DNA of 64,000 nt from an uncultured Verrucomicrobiota bacterium (GCA_964446585.1 CAYUPI010000002.1:40950-104949), one strand, 5' to 3'. Positions 17,765-28,644 are shown, counted from the first letter of the stretch. Program-made: numbers and translations. The notes: generated from the letters alone by a model not told the origin.

Positions 17765-18535
17765 TCAGCGAGGACCGGCAGGCTTGGATTTGAAAACGAT
17801 AATATGCTGCCAGGGCAGCGTTTCGATTGTTTCGACCCACTGCAACGGCTGCAGCGCCATTTCCTTCCGCACCTGCGCCTCAGTCATCTTGTGCACGCGC
17901 TTGATCGGCACACTCGGATCCTCGCCGCGAAATTCGACAAAGACCATTCGCCCGCCTGGTTTGAGCGCGCGGCACAGGGCCTGAGCCATCTCATAGGGGT
18001 AATCGAATTCGTGGTACACATCGACCATCAGGATTAAATCGACTGACCCCTTTGGCAGCTTGGGATCAGTAATCGAGCCGAGAATGAGCTTCACGTTTCG
18101 GATCTTTAGTTCGTCCATCTTGCGGCCAAGCAAGTCGAGCATTTCCTGCTGAATATCGACTGCGAAGACAGTGCCTTTTTCACCGACCAGTTTGGCCAAC
18201 CGCCGCGTGTAATAACCAGTGCCGGCGCCGATGTCGGCCACGACGTCGCCCGGTTTAAGCTTTAGTGCGGGCAGCAGCAGGTCAGGCCGTTCTTCCTGTT
18301 CGCGCTCCGAGCGTTCCAGCCAATCGGCCGCCTGATGGCCCATCACCAACGCGATCTCCCGGCCGAGGAATCTCTTGCCGATGCCGTTCGGGTCGTGGTC
18401 CTGTCGGAACTCGTAAAGGTTGGTAGCAGTGCCCGGGCTGGGGCGAGCGGGCTGCGCCTGGCACCCGCAACACGTGATCAGGGCCAGGACGACTTGGACA
18501 ATCAACCACGAATGGCACCGGATCGGGCTTTGCAT
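17765..18535 (-). CDS. Class I SAM-dependent methyltransferase with signal peptide
   Basis: Motif I VADIGAGTGYYT. Confidence 0.8.
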   Translation of the reverse strand: MQSPIRCHSWLIVQVVLALITCCGCQAQPARPSPGTATNLYEFRQDHDPNGIGKRFLGREIALVMGHQAADWLERSEREQEERPDLLLPALKLKPGDVVADIGAGTGYYTRRLAKLVGEKGTVFAVDIQQEMLDLLGRKMDELKIRNVKLILGSITDPKLPKGSVDLILMVDVYHEFDYPYEMAQALCRALKPGGRMVFVEFRGEDPSVPIKRVHKMTEAQVRKEMALQPLQWVETIETLPWQHIIVFKSKPAGPR

Positions 18536-19053
18536 TCGACGATGCTACACCTTGGCATTGAGAGCTCAAGGGCGCACAAACTACAAATCGACTCGGGGCG
18601 CATCTGAACTCTTGAGAGAAGCAGCCGAGTCGAAATCCTTTGTATTTACGAACATTCCAAAACCAAACCGTAGGTTTGGCTCATACCAGCCCAGGCCACA
18701 GGCCTGGGTTCATCAACGGCGTCCAAGAGTTGCAGGCTGAAAGCCTGAGTCACACAGTCGCGCAATGCCAGAGTCTTTAGCATGATGATGAAGCGCGCCT
18801 TCAGCGCTTATATGTCTACCGCACAATCAACCCAGGCCGGTGGCCTGGGTTGATTTGAACCAGGCCTTCGGCCTGGCACTTGATCAGCGTCTAGGCTAAA
18901 CAGGTACAAAGCTGGTTGAAAACGAAACCGACCTGCAAGGCCTAAATTTTTTGAGATGCGCCCACTGATTAGCCCGAGGCTTGCGTTCGCGGTGTTTTTG
19001 TGTCTGTCTTTTGCGGGAACGTGAGCCCGCTCGAACCACCAAATCTCATCGAA

Positions 19054-20478
19054 ATGGAAGCCGCGCCAATCGCCAGACGAACCAGACGAAGCGGTAGCCC
19101 TCGAATTCGGTGGGACTACTTTTTCCTGGCCTGCCTCGCCTCATGGTGGGCCTCAGGGAGTCGGCTCGGCGCGGCGCAGGCCTCCCCCGCAACAAACTCT
19201 TTTTTCACACAACCCTTATCGCTGCCTGAAGCCGTCGATTTGGCGCTGCGCCAGAACCCGAGCATTCTGAGCGCACAAAAGGACTTGGCGGCGGCGGAAG
19301 GCGTCGTCATCCAAACGCGGGCCATCGTCGTTCCCAAAGTCAAAGTCACTGGCAATTATTCGGCGATTGAATCGAGCGACGTGGACAGGCCGACCGTCAA
19401 CATCGGGGGCTTCACATTCGGCACTGCCCAGAGTTGGGGCTCGCAAATCAGGCTGGTGCAGTCCCTTTACGAAGGGGGCCGAATGGTTTCGTCGTTTCGC
19501 GCTGCGCGGCTTACAAAGGAACAGTCCCTGCTCAATTACCAAACCGTGGTGGCCAATACGGTGCTGGAGGTGCAGATCGCGTACGACGACGTGTTGCTGG
19601 CGGAACAACAGATCACGGTGCAGGAAGCCTCGGTCGCACTGCTGGACCGCGAGCTCGCCGACACGACGCGGAGGTATGAAGCCGGCACGGTGCCACGCTT
19701 CAACGTGCTGCGTGCCGAGGTCGAGCTGGCCAACGCCAAGCCCAAACTGATCCGGGCGCGGAACAGTTTCCGGATAGCCAAAAACAATCTGGCAAACCTG
19801 CTCGGCATGAGTGTGCCGAAAGAAATCTTCGAGGACATACCCCTGAAGCTCGCCGGGAAGCTGGAGGCTGAACCGTACGACCTGGAATTGCCGCGGGCGC
19901 TGGCACTGGCTCTGGAGCGGCGCACGGAACTGCAAGCGTTGCACCGAGCTCAGGCCCTGCGCAAGGAGGACCTGGTCAACGCGCGCGCGGGTTACAAGCC
20001 GAGCCTTCAGGCGTTTGCCGGCTATGACGCGCACAGCTCGTTATTCGGTCCGAATCTGGCCGCTGAGGTGCACGGCTGGATAACAGGCGTGCAGCTCAAC
20101 TGGGACGTGTTTGACGGACTAAGGACGCAGGGAAAAGTGAAGGAGGCCGCCGCTCTTTATGAGCGGGCAGGAGTGGAGTTAGACGACACTACACGGCGCA
20201 TTGAACTGGAGGTGCGAACGGCTTTCTCGAATTTTGTTGAGTCCCGTGAGCTCCTGGAGTCACAAAGAAAAGTAGTCGAACAGGGGGAGGAAGCGTTACG
20301 GCTGGCCCGGGCGCGAAGCGAAGCGGGAACGGGGACGCAATTGGACCTACTCAGCGCGCAAACGGCTTTGACGGAAGCGCGCACGACACAGATCCAAGCG
20401 CTTCATGACTATGCGGCGGCACGCGCGCGCCTGGAGCGAGCGATCGGCGCCAATGTGCCGGCGCCGGCGGTGAAGTGA
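19054..20478 (+). CDS. TolC family outer-membrane efflux protein
   Basis: Paired coiled-coil/beta-barrel repeats with LSLPEAVDLALRQNP and LDLLSAQTALTEAR. The start is judged to be MEAAPIA. Confidence 0.8.
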   Translation: MEAAPIARRTRRSGSPRIRWDYFFLACLASWWASGSRLGAAQASPATNSFFTQPLSLPEAVDLALRQNPSILSAQKDLAAAEGVVIQTRAIVVPKVKVTGNYSAIESSDVDRPTVNIGGFTFGTAQSWGSQIRLVQSLYEGGRMVSSFRAARLTKEQSLLNYQTVVANTVLEVQIAYDDVLLAEQQITVQEASVALLDRELADTTRRYEAGTVPRFNVLRAEVELANAKPKLIRARNSFRIAKNNLANLLGMSVPKEIFEDIPLKLAGKLEAEPYDLELPRALALALERRTELQALHRAQALRKEDLVNARAGYKPSLQAFAGYDAHSSLFGPNLAAEVHGWITGVQLNWDVFDGLRTQGKVKEAAALYERAGVELDDTTRRIELEVRTAFSNFVESRELLESQRKVVEQGEEALRLARARSEAGTGTQLDLLSAQTALTEARTTQIQALHDYAAARARLERAIGANVPAPAVK

Positions 20479-20502
20479 TCCTTCGCCCCCTGCCCCGTCG
20501 GC

Positions 20503-22032
20503 TCAAACGAACCCAAGATTCGGCGTGGAGAATCGGCCGAGGTTGGGGAACACCGTCGAGAGATTGCTGTTATCGACGCCGAACCAGGTCGCAAGCGTGG
20601 CAAAATACTGGTCGCAAGCAGTGGTCGGTATCCAACGGCCGGTGTCGGTATCGTCGGGGCCTTTGATGGCCAGGGTGGGGAACTTCCCGTAGGTTTTTCT
20701 GCCATTGACAGCGCCGCCCAGGATCAAGTGATGGCTGCCCCAGCCGTGATCTGTGCCCTGGCCGTTGCTGGGGAACGTTCGCCCAAAATCGCTGCAAGTG
20801 AAGGCCGTGACCCGTTTGTGGAAATCCGGATCGCCGCGCTGAGTCCCGATTTGTTCCATCGCCCGTTGGAAGGCGAGCAGGCACTGGCTGACCTCGGCAA
20901 GCAAATTGGAATGCGGACCTGTGGCGGCAGAGGCAGAAACCTGGTTCGTGTGGGTGTCGTAGCCACCGACAGTGCAGAAAAAAATCTGGCGTTTCATGCC
21001 GAAGCCGCCGGCGGCAACGCTGCGGCTGCCGGCCTCGATCAAACGCGCGATCATCTTGAGTTGCGGCCCTAAATTCGAGTTGAAGCTGGCGCCACTGGCG
21101 GGGTTGACGACCTGATGGGGACTCGTTGCCGGAAAGGGAATGGTCCAGTACTGAGTGCCGTTAGGGGCCGGCGGCGATGCAGGATCTACCGTTGGGCCAA
21201 TACCCCCATTCAACAGAGTGCCAGTATTGAGACTGTGCGCGGCCAGGCTGGCGAAAGCCTTCGATTGCATGCTGGCGTAGGGCAATCCGAGGATGTTAGT
21301 CACTGCTGCATATCGAGCGGCATTATTGGTCGGATTGAGGCCGGTGAGAAGGATCGCGCCGGAGGTAGAAACGGCATATTGTGAAACGGCGTTGCCGACT
21401 TCGAATGTGTTAGCGCCGGCGAGGCTGACGGCGAGTGAAACCTGAGCGCTTGGCTGGACGGCATTCAGCAAATCGGCGCACCGGCCACCCCAGCCGGTGA
21501 GAGCGGGCTGGTCGGGAACGGAAGTCTGCCATTGCGTAACCTGATCGGCATGGGAGAAAAGCTGTGGGGGAGTCGCCACTAGCTTTTTCTGGTACTGCAG
21601 GCTGGTAATGGGGTACACGAGCGTGCCGGTGTTAAACAGCATGGCCAGCTTCTGCTCGTTGAAAAGCGTCACCAGCTCAGGGCAGGCTGGATGAAGCCCG
21701 TAAGTGTGATTGTCCGGGTTATCCGAAACAATCGGCAGCGCGGCGTTCGGACCAGTAAGGGGAATCGCCAGCAGGGAAGTGCGGATGGCCGCATAATTGT
21801 CGTACTCGGATTGGATGGTGGGGATGATCAGGTTGTTGGAATCATTGCCGCCGGCAAGGAACACGCACACCAGCGCCTTGTAATCGTTGATGTTGCTCTG
21901 AGCCACCGCCGCATTCATGAATCGAAAGTCGCGAATGGCCGAGGTGATCGCGGCCGTCCCGACGGCGGCGCAGGCGGCCTGCCGAATGAACTGGCGGCGG
22001 TTGACTTGTTGGGAGAGCGAGGTCTTTTCCAT
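20503..22032 (-). CDS. DUF1501 domain protein with TAT signal
   Basis: Twin-arginine signal NRRQFIRQAACAAVG and the C-terminal DHGWGSHHLILGG motif. It starts 5 nt after the stop of the DUF1800 gene. Confidence 0.85.
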   Translation of the reverse strand: MEKTSLSQQVNRRQFIRQAACAAVGTAAITSAIRDFRFMNAAVAQSNINDYKALVCVFLAGGNDSNNLIIPTIQSEYDNYAAIRTSLLAIPLTGPNAALPIVSDNPDNHTYGLHPACPELVTLFNEQKLAMLFNTGTLVYPITSLQYQKKLVATPPQLFSHADQVTQWQTSVPDQPALTGWGGRCADLLNAVQPSAQVSLAVSLAGANTFEVGNAVSQYAVSTSGAILLTGLNPTNNAARYAAVTNILGLPYASMQSKAFASLAAHSLNTGTLLNGGIGPTVDPASPPAPNGTQYWTIPFPATSPHQVVNPASGASFNSNLGPQLKMIARLIEAGSRSVAAGGFGMKRQIFFCTVGGYDTHTNQVSASAATGPHSNLLAEVSQCLLAFQRAMEQIGTQRGDPDFHKRVTAFTCSDFGRTFPSNGQGTDHGWGSHHLILGGAVNGRKTYGKFPTLAIKGPDDTDTGRWIPTTACDQYFATLATWFGVDNSNLSTVFPNLGRFSTPNLGFV

Positions 22033-22036
22033 AAAG

Positions 22037-25000
22037 CTAATTCTGGATGGTGAAATCGGGAGACGTGATGAGCAAATGAACCACGGCGCGAACACGATCA
22101 CGCATCTGCTGGTTCGTCGGCGTGCTGTAGGGGAAATTTGTATTATTCGCGACGTAGTTGACGATGTAAGTCTTCACATTGGGCGATAACTGACCGCCGA
22201 TTAGGATCGAGCTGAGCGCATCCACCAGACTCGAGATGCCGGCATTGGAGGTGTAGCCGGGCGTCATCCAAGGGCCAAGGTCCATAACGATCGCCCCGCC
22301 GCCGTTATTGAAACTGCTCATGCCGTTGGTATTGCCGCTGTTGTTGCCGAGGAACCCGTCGTAGAGGAAGTTTAACTGGAGCGCGACAGAGGTGTCGGAG
22401 GCGAGCTGAAATTCCGGCGTCGTCAGGCCTGCGGCGGCCAGTGAGCCAGGGTAGCGATAGTCAGGGAAGAAGAAGTTGAACACCGTCGGGGAATTGAGCG
22501 GCGTTTGCGCCAGGCTCGGGTTGCTGCCGGTGTCAGTAAAATTCATGCTCCACGTGTTCCAACTGAGTTGGGCAGTGCCACCCCGGTACAGCGGCGGCGG
22601 GACCAGCGGATAGACAGTCTGTCCGTTCTGGGTGAGCGAGGCGGAATTTGCAGCGGTAATAGTGAAGTGCGTGGAGTCGGGCACGCTGGCAACCGCGTAT
22701 TGGCCGCTGACGGGCGAGCCGTAGGAGAAATAGATATAGACGCTGTCACCCGGGTTTAACCCATGGTTCCCCGGCAGGCTGATGTTCACATTGTTAGCCG
22801 TCTGGACGTAGCCTCCACCAGTCCACTTAGGGATCAAGCACGTGTTGGTCGAGCGCGAAGTCGAGTCAGCGGTTTCCACCATGAAAGTGTTGGCATTGGT
22901 GGTCGAAATGACCTGATACACTCCGTTGGTGGAACCGCCGGAGGTAAAGGTCAGATACACTGGGTACCCCGGGCTGAGGCCATGCGAGTTGATGACCACG
23001 GAGATGACATTGGTCGTTTCGAAGCTGGCGGTGACCATGTTGGACACGCTGGCGTTGGGAATGAGCGTATAGGTGCCGCTGCTGACGCCCGGCGCGTTGA
23101 CCCGGAAGCTGTTGGTTGAAAGTGCCGTCACGCTATAGCTTTGCGTGTACGGAGCGGGCTGGCCGGACGTGTCGGTGAAGCTGAGCATCACGACGTCGCC
23201 GTCGTTAAGGCGATGTGCGACGGTCGCGGTGTTCGTGATTTGCCGGAAGCCGCCTTGCGTGTAGCTGCAACTCATTGGCGCAGGCGCAGGGAAAGCGCGA
23301 GCCGTCGCAGTGACTCTCAGGACCGGTTCGCGCATTTTGCCAAAGGTCGGCTGCGCAATGACCGCGCTGCTCCTGGCCTCGTAGTCCAGTAGGATGGCAT
23401 TGACCACTGCCTGCATGTCACCGCGCACGCCTGCTCCATTGTTGTTGAAGGCCTGCACCACGCGGTAGAGATACTCGCGGCTAGGATTGCTGGCGACCAG
23501 CCGTTGAATGAGCTCGCGGCAGATGAATGGCCCCACGTTCTGGTTGTAAACGATATTGTCCAGGGCCAGTTCGAGATCCTGCGAACAGTAGTAGTCGAAG
23601 TTGGTGGTAGAGCTGTTGGTTTGCAGGCCCCAAGCCTGCGGCAGGACGACATTGTCAAGCAATCGTTTCGTGCCGAGGTCGTGGTGTGTCGGGACCAGGA
23701 CCATGACGTTCGTATAGTTTGCCGGAGGATTGAAGTTCGACGGCAAATGACCGTTAATCTGGTTGGCCTGCCAATAGTTCCAACCGGTGAAAACGGCGGC
23801 CAGGCCCTCAATCACGCTCTGGTCGTAAGTGGGCACTAGGCTGCTTTGCGAGTTCATCACCAGGGTCCCGTCCGGCCACATGCGATTCAGGCCGAGGGAG
23901 AAAAGCTGCATGATTTCACGCGCATAGTTTTCGTTGGCGTGGCGACCCATGGTGATATCGCCCTTGTCATTGCCGCGCATATCCAGGTAAAGGCCCATCG
24001 CCGGGTGAAGCGTCACCGCCTCCAGCAATGTGCGGAAATTGCTGAATGCGTTGTCCAACAGGGTGTCGTAGTAAGAGGACAGAGCGAGGCCGTTGTCGTT
24101 TAGCACGCCCTGGTCGGACAGAACTTGGATTTCACTCAGGGCGAAAGCAATCCGCTGGCGCAACTGATCCGGAGCGGTGACCGACTGCTGCCACCAGTTG
24201 TTGACCACGCTCGAGCCTGGATAGGGAAGGGTCGGGTCCGTGTTGCGGTTGGCCAGGATAAACGGCAGATGATGCGTGGCAGGCAGGCTGAACTGGTTAC
24301 TGATCCAGGCCGCATACCCGACCGATTGGACCGAAGCGACGTCGGCCGGGCTGGGGCCGAACGTGGCCTGAATCAGGAAACGGGCCGCGGCGCTGGGATC
24401 GGAATGGTCGTCGGTCCACGCGGGCGCTGCGGGCGGCGCGGTGAAAGTTTGTGCGCCGTCGGCCGGTGTGAAATTTCCTCGGATTTCGCTGCCAGGATTA
24501 TTAACGGTGTGAACATTTATGTAAGCTTTGCTTTCCTTGATGATCTCGACAATGTCAGCAGCGGCGAGCGGCGACACCGGCGTGATTGTCCAGCGATACG
24601 TGCCGTCCGGCTGCGGAGTGGCATCGTCAATATCGAAGATAATTTGGCTAGGATAAAACAAATACGGGTCCGAGTGAATGTGCTTGCCAGTGACGGGCGA
24701 AGAGAGGTTGCTGTAATCGAAAGCGAGGATGGCTTGGGACTCATCGGCGCTCAGCCGCAGTGTGGCCGAGCCGACGCCGACACTTGTAATGCCGCTCTGA
24801 GGCAGCATAGTCGCGGAATAAAGCGTGCCCGGAGCGATCGAAGGAGGGGGCGGAAAGTGGCGGGACAACAAATATCCCGGCACGATCCCGCTGACCGCGT
24901 TATTCGTCCCGGTGGGATCCTGGAGCCAACCGACCGCCCAATTGTCATTGGTCCCGACCCCAGCCTTGTGAAGGATTTCGAGATAATAACGCTGGCCGGC

Positions 25001-27034
25001 AACCAGGGTGAGCCAGGGCGACTTTTGTTTGGCCTGAACATTCCATTGACGCGAGCCGGTACCGGAAGGCGTCACGTAAGCACGTAGCACTTTGTTGGCG
25101 GGCTCGCCATCGTTCGAGATCCAAAGCTCAGCCGAGTCACTGGCGGCGAGCCAAAAGTAGTAATTCCCGCTGACCGGCGCCGTGCAATAGCCACGAATGC
25201 GTTCGCCGTAATTATCTCCATAATCGGTGATCCCTTCCAGCGTGCCGAGGATATTGGTCAGGGTGGCCGGTGTGTCGAGCGGGATGTCCGAAACATTACT
25301 TCCAGGAACGCCCATCCAGACCTCGCGAACAACAGAACTGCCAGTGTCAATGACTTGCAAATCCAGCACTGAGGCACTGACGCCAAGCGAATTGCTGGCC
25401 GTGAGAGCCACCTGGAAGTCGCCCGCGAGCGTCGGTGTGCCGCTGATGACGCCGCTGGCTGAATTGAGGCTCAGCCCGGGAGGCAGACCCTGCGCCGTGA
25501 ATGAACTGGCCGAATTTGCGCCCGTTACTGTGAAGCTGAAAGGCTGGCCCAGAAAAGCGTAAGCGTTCAAGGGGCTGGTTATCGTCGTCGGCGCCGCGGG
25601 CGTACTCGAGGGATAGAGCCGGTTGGCCGGAATAACTTGCTTGGGCTGACTGGCGCTGTACCAGGAGAGGTGAGCCACAGCGGCGCCGGTGATCTGGTAG
25701 TATTCCATCTTGATGTTGTGGCGAACACCGCCCTGAAGAGCGATCGTGCCTGTCAGATCGCTCGCGCTCTTGGGTGCCCAACTGTCGATCACGAGTTGGT
25801 CGTTCACCCAGAGTTTCACACCGTCATCCGTGTTGGCCACGAAATAATAAGTCTCCGAATATTGGGGTTGGACCTGGCCCGTCCAGCGGACGCAATAGTA
25901 ACCGTTATTGGCAATGGGGGTCGATGTTGTGCCCCAGACGAAATCGACGGTCGAGTCGATACGTGTGAGTTTGAGATTGGCAGCATTGAAGTTGGCGCTG
26001 CTGGAGTATGTCGAGCTGGCATTGGTGTAGTATTGACCGGTCAGTCCCGTTCCGGTGGGCGTGGTCGATGGGTAAATCACGACGCTGGCGCTGCTGGGCG
26101 AACCGACGGTGTAACCGGAACCGGCGAGCAGCCTCAGCGTGGCGATGACCGAGGTCATCAGATTGGTATTGGCCAGAGGCGTAACGGCAATCATCTGGGA
26201 ACTGGGACCGGCCGGAAGAATCACCGTTCGAGGCAAGGCGGCATGATCGACGCCCTCCTGGGCCATCCCGGTGCCCGGTCCGTCGAGCGAGAGATTCACG
26301 CTAAGCGAACGGAGTGGGAAGCCGCCGCGCGTAATGGTGACGGCGCCGACATTGAGTGGATTCTGCTCAGAATCAGGTTGTGTCGCGATGGGATCGCTCG
26401 CAGTGATAGTCACGATATTTTGTGAAGCGAGCTTGCCCGTCGCATATGCGTAATCGTTCATCGGGACGCCGTTAGTATCGAGCTGCCCGTTACTGTATGC
26501 ATTTAAAGGATCGGTGCCGATCTTGTACTCCTCCCAGTCATTGACCCCGTCGCCATCCGTATCCACGTCAGACACCGCGATGCGGAAAAACTTGGCCGAA
26601 GGTCCTGGCGCGCCGTTCAACGTAACGACCGACCCAGTTCGAGAGATTGTCGTTGCCTCCGTGATCCAGTTCGTCCACCCGCCCACGACCGGGGGTTGGA
26701 TGCCCTGCAATTCGTATTGTTTGCCCAGTTCGCTGGGCACGGTCACTGCGAAATGATCGCCAAAGTAGGCACCGACAGTGATCCTTGGGAATGAGTTGCT
26801 GTCGAACGGATCCGTGCCCGCGATCGATTCGAGTCCGTTGGGCACGCCATCGCCATCAGCATCGGCACTGGGATCCAGGCCGGTGGCGCCGAAGACCTGT
26901 TCCCAAATGTCGCTCATGCCGTTGGCGTTAAGGTCAATTTTTTGAGCGACGGCGGGGCCGATGCCCAGCATCAGCAACGCAAGCGCCGACGCCAGACGAA
27001 GAACAAGGAGTCGTTTCAAACTCACATTCATTAA
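22037..27034 (-). CDS. Giant secreted DUF1800 domain protein with N-terminal PA14 and CHRD modules
   Basis: The start is judged to be MNVSLKRLLVL (signal peptide). It contains a PA14-like GLTGQYYTN...VDFVWG module, a CHRD-like TGKHIHSDP...YINVHTVNNPGSEIRGNF module and a DUF1800 core. Confidence 0.8.
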   Translation of the reverse strand, partial: LMNVSLKRLLVLRLASALALLMLGIGPAVAQKIDLNANGMSDIWEQVFGATGLDPSADADGDGVPNGLESIAGTDPFDSNSFPRITVGAYFGDHFAVTVPSELGKQYELQGIQPPVVGGWTNWITEATTISRTGSVVTLNGAPGPSAKFFRIAVSDVDTDGDGVNDWEEYKIGTDPLNAYSNGQLDTNGVPMNDYAYATGKLASQNIVTITASDPIATQPDSEQNPLNVGAVTITRGGFPLRSLSVNLSLDGPGTGMAQEGVDHAALPRTVILPAGPSSQMIAVTPLANTNLMTSVIATLRLLAGSGYTVGSPSSASVVIYPSTTPTGTGLTGQYYTNASSTYSSSANFNAANLKLTRIDSTVDFVWGTTSTPIANNGYYCVRWTGQVQPQYSETYYFVANTDDGVKLWVNDQLVIDSWAPKSASDLTGTIALQGGVRHNIKMEYYQITGAAVAHLSWYSASQPKQVIPANRLYPSSTPAAPTTITSPLNAYAFLGQPFSFTVTGANSASSFTAQGLPPGLSLNSASGVISGTPTLAGDFQVALTASNSLGVSASVLDLQVIDTGSSVVREVWMGVPGSNVSDIPLDTPATLTNILGTLEGITDYGDNYGERIRGYCTAPVSGNYYFWLAASDSAELWISNDGEPANKVLRAYVTPSGTGSRQWNVQAKQKSPWLTLVAGQRYYLEILHKAGVGTNDNWAVGWLQDPTGTNNAVSGIVPGYLLSRHFPPPPSIAPGTLYSATMLPQSGITSVGVGSATLRLSADESQAILAFDYSNLSSPVTGKHIHSDPYLFYPSQIIFDIDDATPQPDGTYRWTITPVSPLAAADIVEIIKESKAYINVHTVNNPGSEIRGNFTPADGAQTFTAPPAAPAWTDDHSDPSAAARFLIQATFGPSPADVASVQSVGYAAWISNQFSLPATHHLPFILANRNTDPTLPYPGSSVVNNWWQQSVTAPDQLRQRIAFALSEIQVLSDQGVLNDNGLALSSYYDTLLDNAFSNFRTLLEAVTLHPAMGLYLDMRGNDKGDITMGRHANENYAREIMQLFSLGLNRMWPDGTLVMNSQSSLVPTYDQSVIEGLAAVFTGWNYWQANQINGHLPSNFNPPANYTNVMVLVPTHHDLGTKRLLDNVVLPQAWGLQTNSSTTNFDYYCSQDLELALDNIVYNQNVGPFICRELIQRLVASNPSREYLYRVVQAFNNNGAGVRGDMQAVVNAILLDYEARSSAVIAQPTFGKMREPVLRVTATARAFPAPAPMSCSYTQGGFRQITNTATVAHRLNDGDVVMLSFTDTSGQPAPYTQSYSVTALSTNSFRVNAPGVSSGTYTLIPNASVSNMVTASFETTNVISVVINSHGLSPGYPVYLTFTSGGSTNGVYQVISTTNANTFMVETADSTSRSTNTCLIPKWTGGGYVQTANNVNISLPGNHGLNPGDSVYIYFSYGSPVSGQYAVASVPDSTHFTITAANSASLTQNGQTVYPLVPPPLYRGGTAQLSWNTWSMNFTDTGSNPSLAQTPLNSPTVFNFFFPDYRYPGSLAAAGLTTPEFQLASDTSVALQLNFLYDGFLGNNSGNTNGMSSFNNGGGAIVMDLGPWMTPGYTSNAGISSLVDALSSILIGGQLSPNVKTYIVNYVANNTNFPYSTPTNQQMRDRVRAVVHLLITSPDFTIQN

Positions 27035-27366
27035 GGGGAGAATCAGATTCAGTGCCGTGGCGTGCGGGTTCGGGGCGGACCAAAGTGGCTGTGGTAAGTG
27101 CTCCGCGGACGCAGAATGGGGCAAGCGCAGTTTGCGACATTCATACGGGGATTTGCGGCATCGTAATACTCTGCTGAACGGCCCATTGTGTCAAGAATTA
27201 CTCTTTTCGGACCGGCCTCCACTGTCCGCCGGTGCAGATGATGAGGAAAAGTTACTTTTTGCCTCAGAATTAGCATTTGCCGGGCCAGAAAACCCGCTCT
27301 AGAACATCCAAGAAAGGCTGGTAATTCTTCGGGAACTTCGGTAGGCTTCCTTTGTTTCTGTGACGA

Positions 27367-27774
27367 ATGACCATGCCCGCCTCTCCAAAGCGACGAATTC
27401 TGGTGGTTGACGACGAGCCGTTCGTCTGCGACGCCGTCAAAATGATGCTCGCTTTCGACGGGCACTCTGTCGAAACCGCCGGCAATGGCAAAGAGGCCCT
27501 CGCCATGTTCGAAGCCGGCAAGTTTGATGTCGTCATCACAGATTTCGCCATGCCGGCAATGAAGGGTGACGAACTGGCCGCGGCCATCAAAGCCCGCTCG
27601 CCCAGCCAACCGGTCGTCATGATTACGGCCTACGCCGAGATGTTAAAGGTCTCGGGCAATCCAATGACCGGAGTTGATTGCGTCATCAGCAAACCTTTTC
27701 TCCTCGAGGACCTGCGCCGGGCCATCACCAAAGTCGCCCCGGTAGCGAAGGCCACGGCTGCTCCTGGCGGATAG
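27367..27774 (+). CDS. Single-domain response regulator (CheY-like receiver)
   Basis: ILVVDDEP...D-FDVVITDFAMP...K motifs: an acidic pocket, a phospho-acceptor Asp and the conserved Lys. Confidence 0.85.
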   Translation: MTMPASPKRRILVVDDEPFVCDAVKMMLAFDGHSVETAGNGKEALAMFEAGKFDVVITDFAMPAMKGDELAAAIKARSPSQPVVMITAYAEMLKVSGNPMTGVDCVISKPFLLEDLRRAITKVAPVAKATAAPGG

Positions 27775-28050
27775 GGCGCCTAACTCGCGAGCGAGCAAGC
27801 AAACTGGTCTCGGAGGGCGCCCGTCCTCGGGCGCAGAAAGCTCCGTCAATTCCAACAGGTCAGGCCAACCACGATCACCTTTGTTTCGTTTGTTGCTGCG
27901 CCCGGGGACGGGCGCTCTCCGGTCGCCGTGTTACGTTGCCCCTCCTTTGCGCCGGGGTTTTCTGAAACTTTTTCGCCCGGTTCCGGGTATTGAATTCTAA
28001 CGGGACGCAGCCGTCCCCGACAACACAACCTTGAACCTTAGGAAAATAAT

Positions 28051-28644
28051 ATGAAACGTTACCTGCCGTTTGCCGTCGCCGTAAGCATTCTCTCGCTGGC
28101 CGCGAGCACGCGCCTCTCCGCCGAAACCATGGTCCCTGGCCAGGTGGATTTCGGAAAGTTCTCGCCCCCGGGCTCAGGCGCCACGTTTGTCGAAGTCAAC
28201 CTCACCAGCAATCTCATCGGCCTGGCCGCCCGGTTTATCGAAAAAGAGGAGCCTGATGTGGCTCATTTGTTAAAGGACATCCAGCTTGTGCGCGTCAACG
28301 TCGTCGGTCTGAACGACGAGAACCGTGACGAACTCGAGAAGCGCACCCAAAAGATCCGCAAGGAACTCGACTCCAAAGGCTGGGAGAAAATCGTCACCGC
28401 CCAGAAGGATGATCAGGATGTTGGCGTTTATCTCAAGACCCGCAATAAAGACACCGTCCAGGGCATCGTAGTGATGGTCAAGGACGGCAAGGAGCAGGCC
28501 GTGTTCGTCAACATCGTCGGAGATATCAAACCCGAGCAATTGTCGATGTTGGGCGAAAAGCTGCACATCGACCCGCTCAAAGAAGCCGGCCACGCCGTGC
28601 AGAAGGCCGAGAAGGCTGAGAAAACCGAACAACCGGAGAAATGA
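28051..28644 (+). CDS. Secreted hypothetical protein (DUF4252-like)
   Basis: Signal peptide with a Lys/Glu-rich C-terminus. The family assignment is from memory and not verified. Confidence 0.45.
   Translation: MKRYLPFAVAVSILSLAASTRLSAETMVPGQVDFGKFSPPGSGATFVEVNLTSNLIGLAARFIEKEEPDVAHLLKDIQLVRVNVVGLNDENRDELEKRTQKIRKELDSKGWEKIVTAQKDDQDVGVYLKTRNKDTVQGIVVMVKDGKEQAVFVNIVGDIKPEQLSMLGEKLHIDPLKEAGHAVQKAEKAEKTEQPEK

Noticed and set aside
24125-25087. 320-aa plus-strand ORF inside the giant DUF1800 gene
   Set aside because: It is antisense to a long, domain-rich ORF and is an Arg/Gly-rich artefact.
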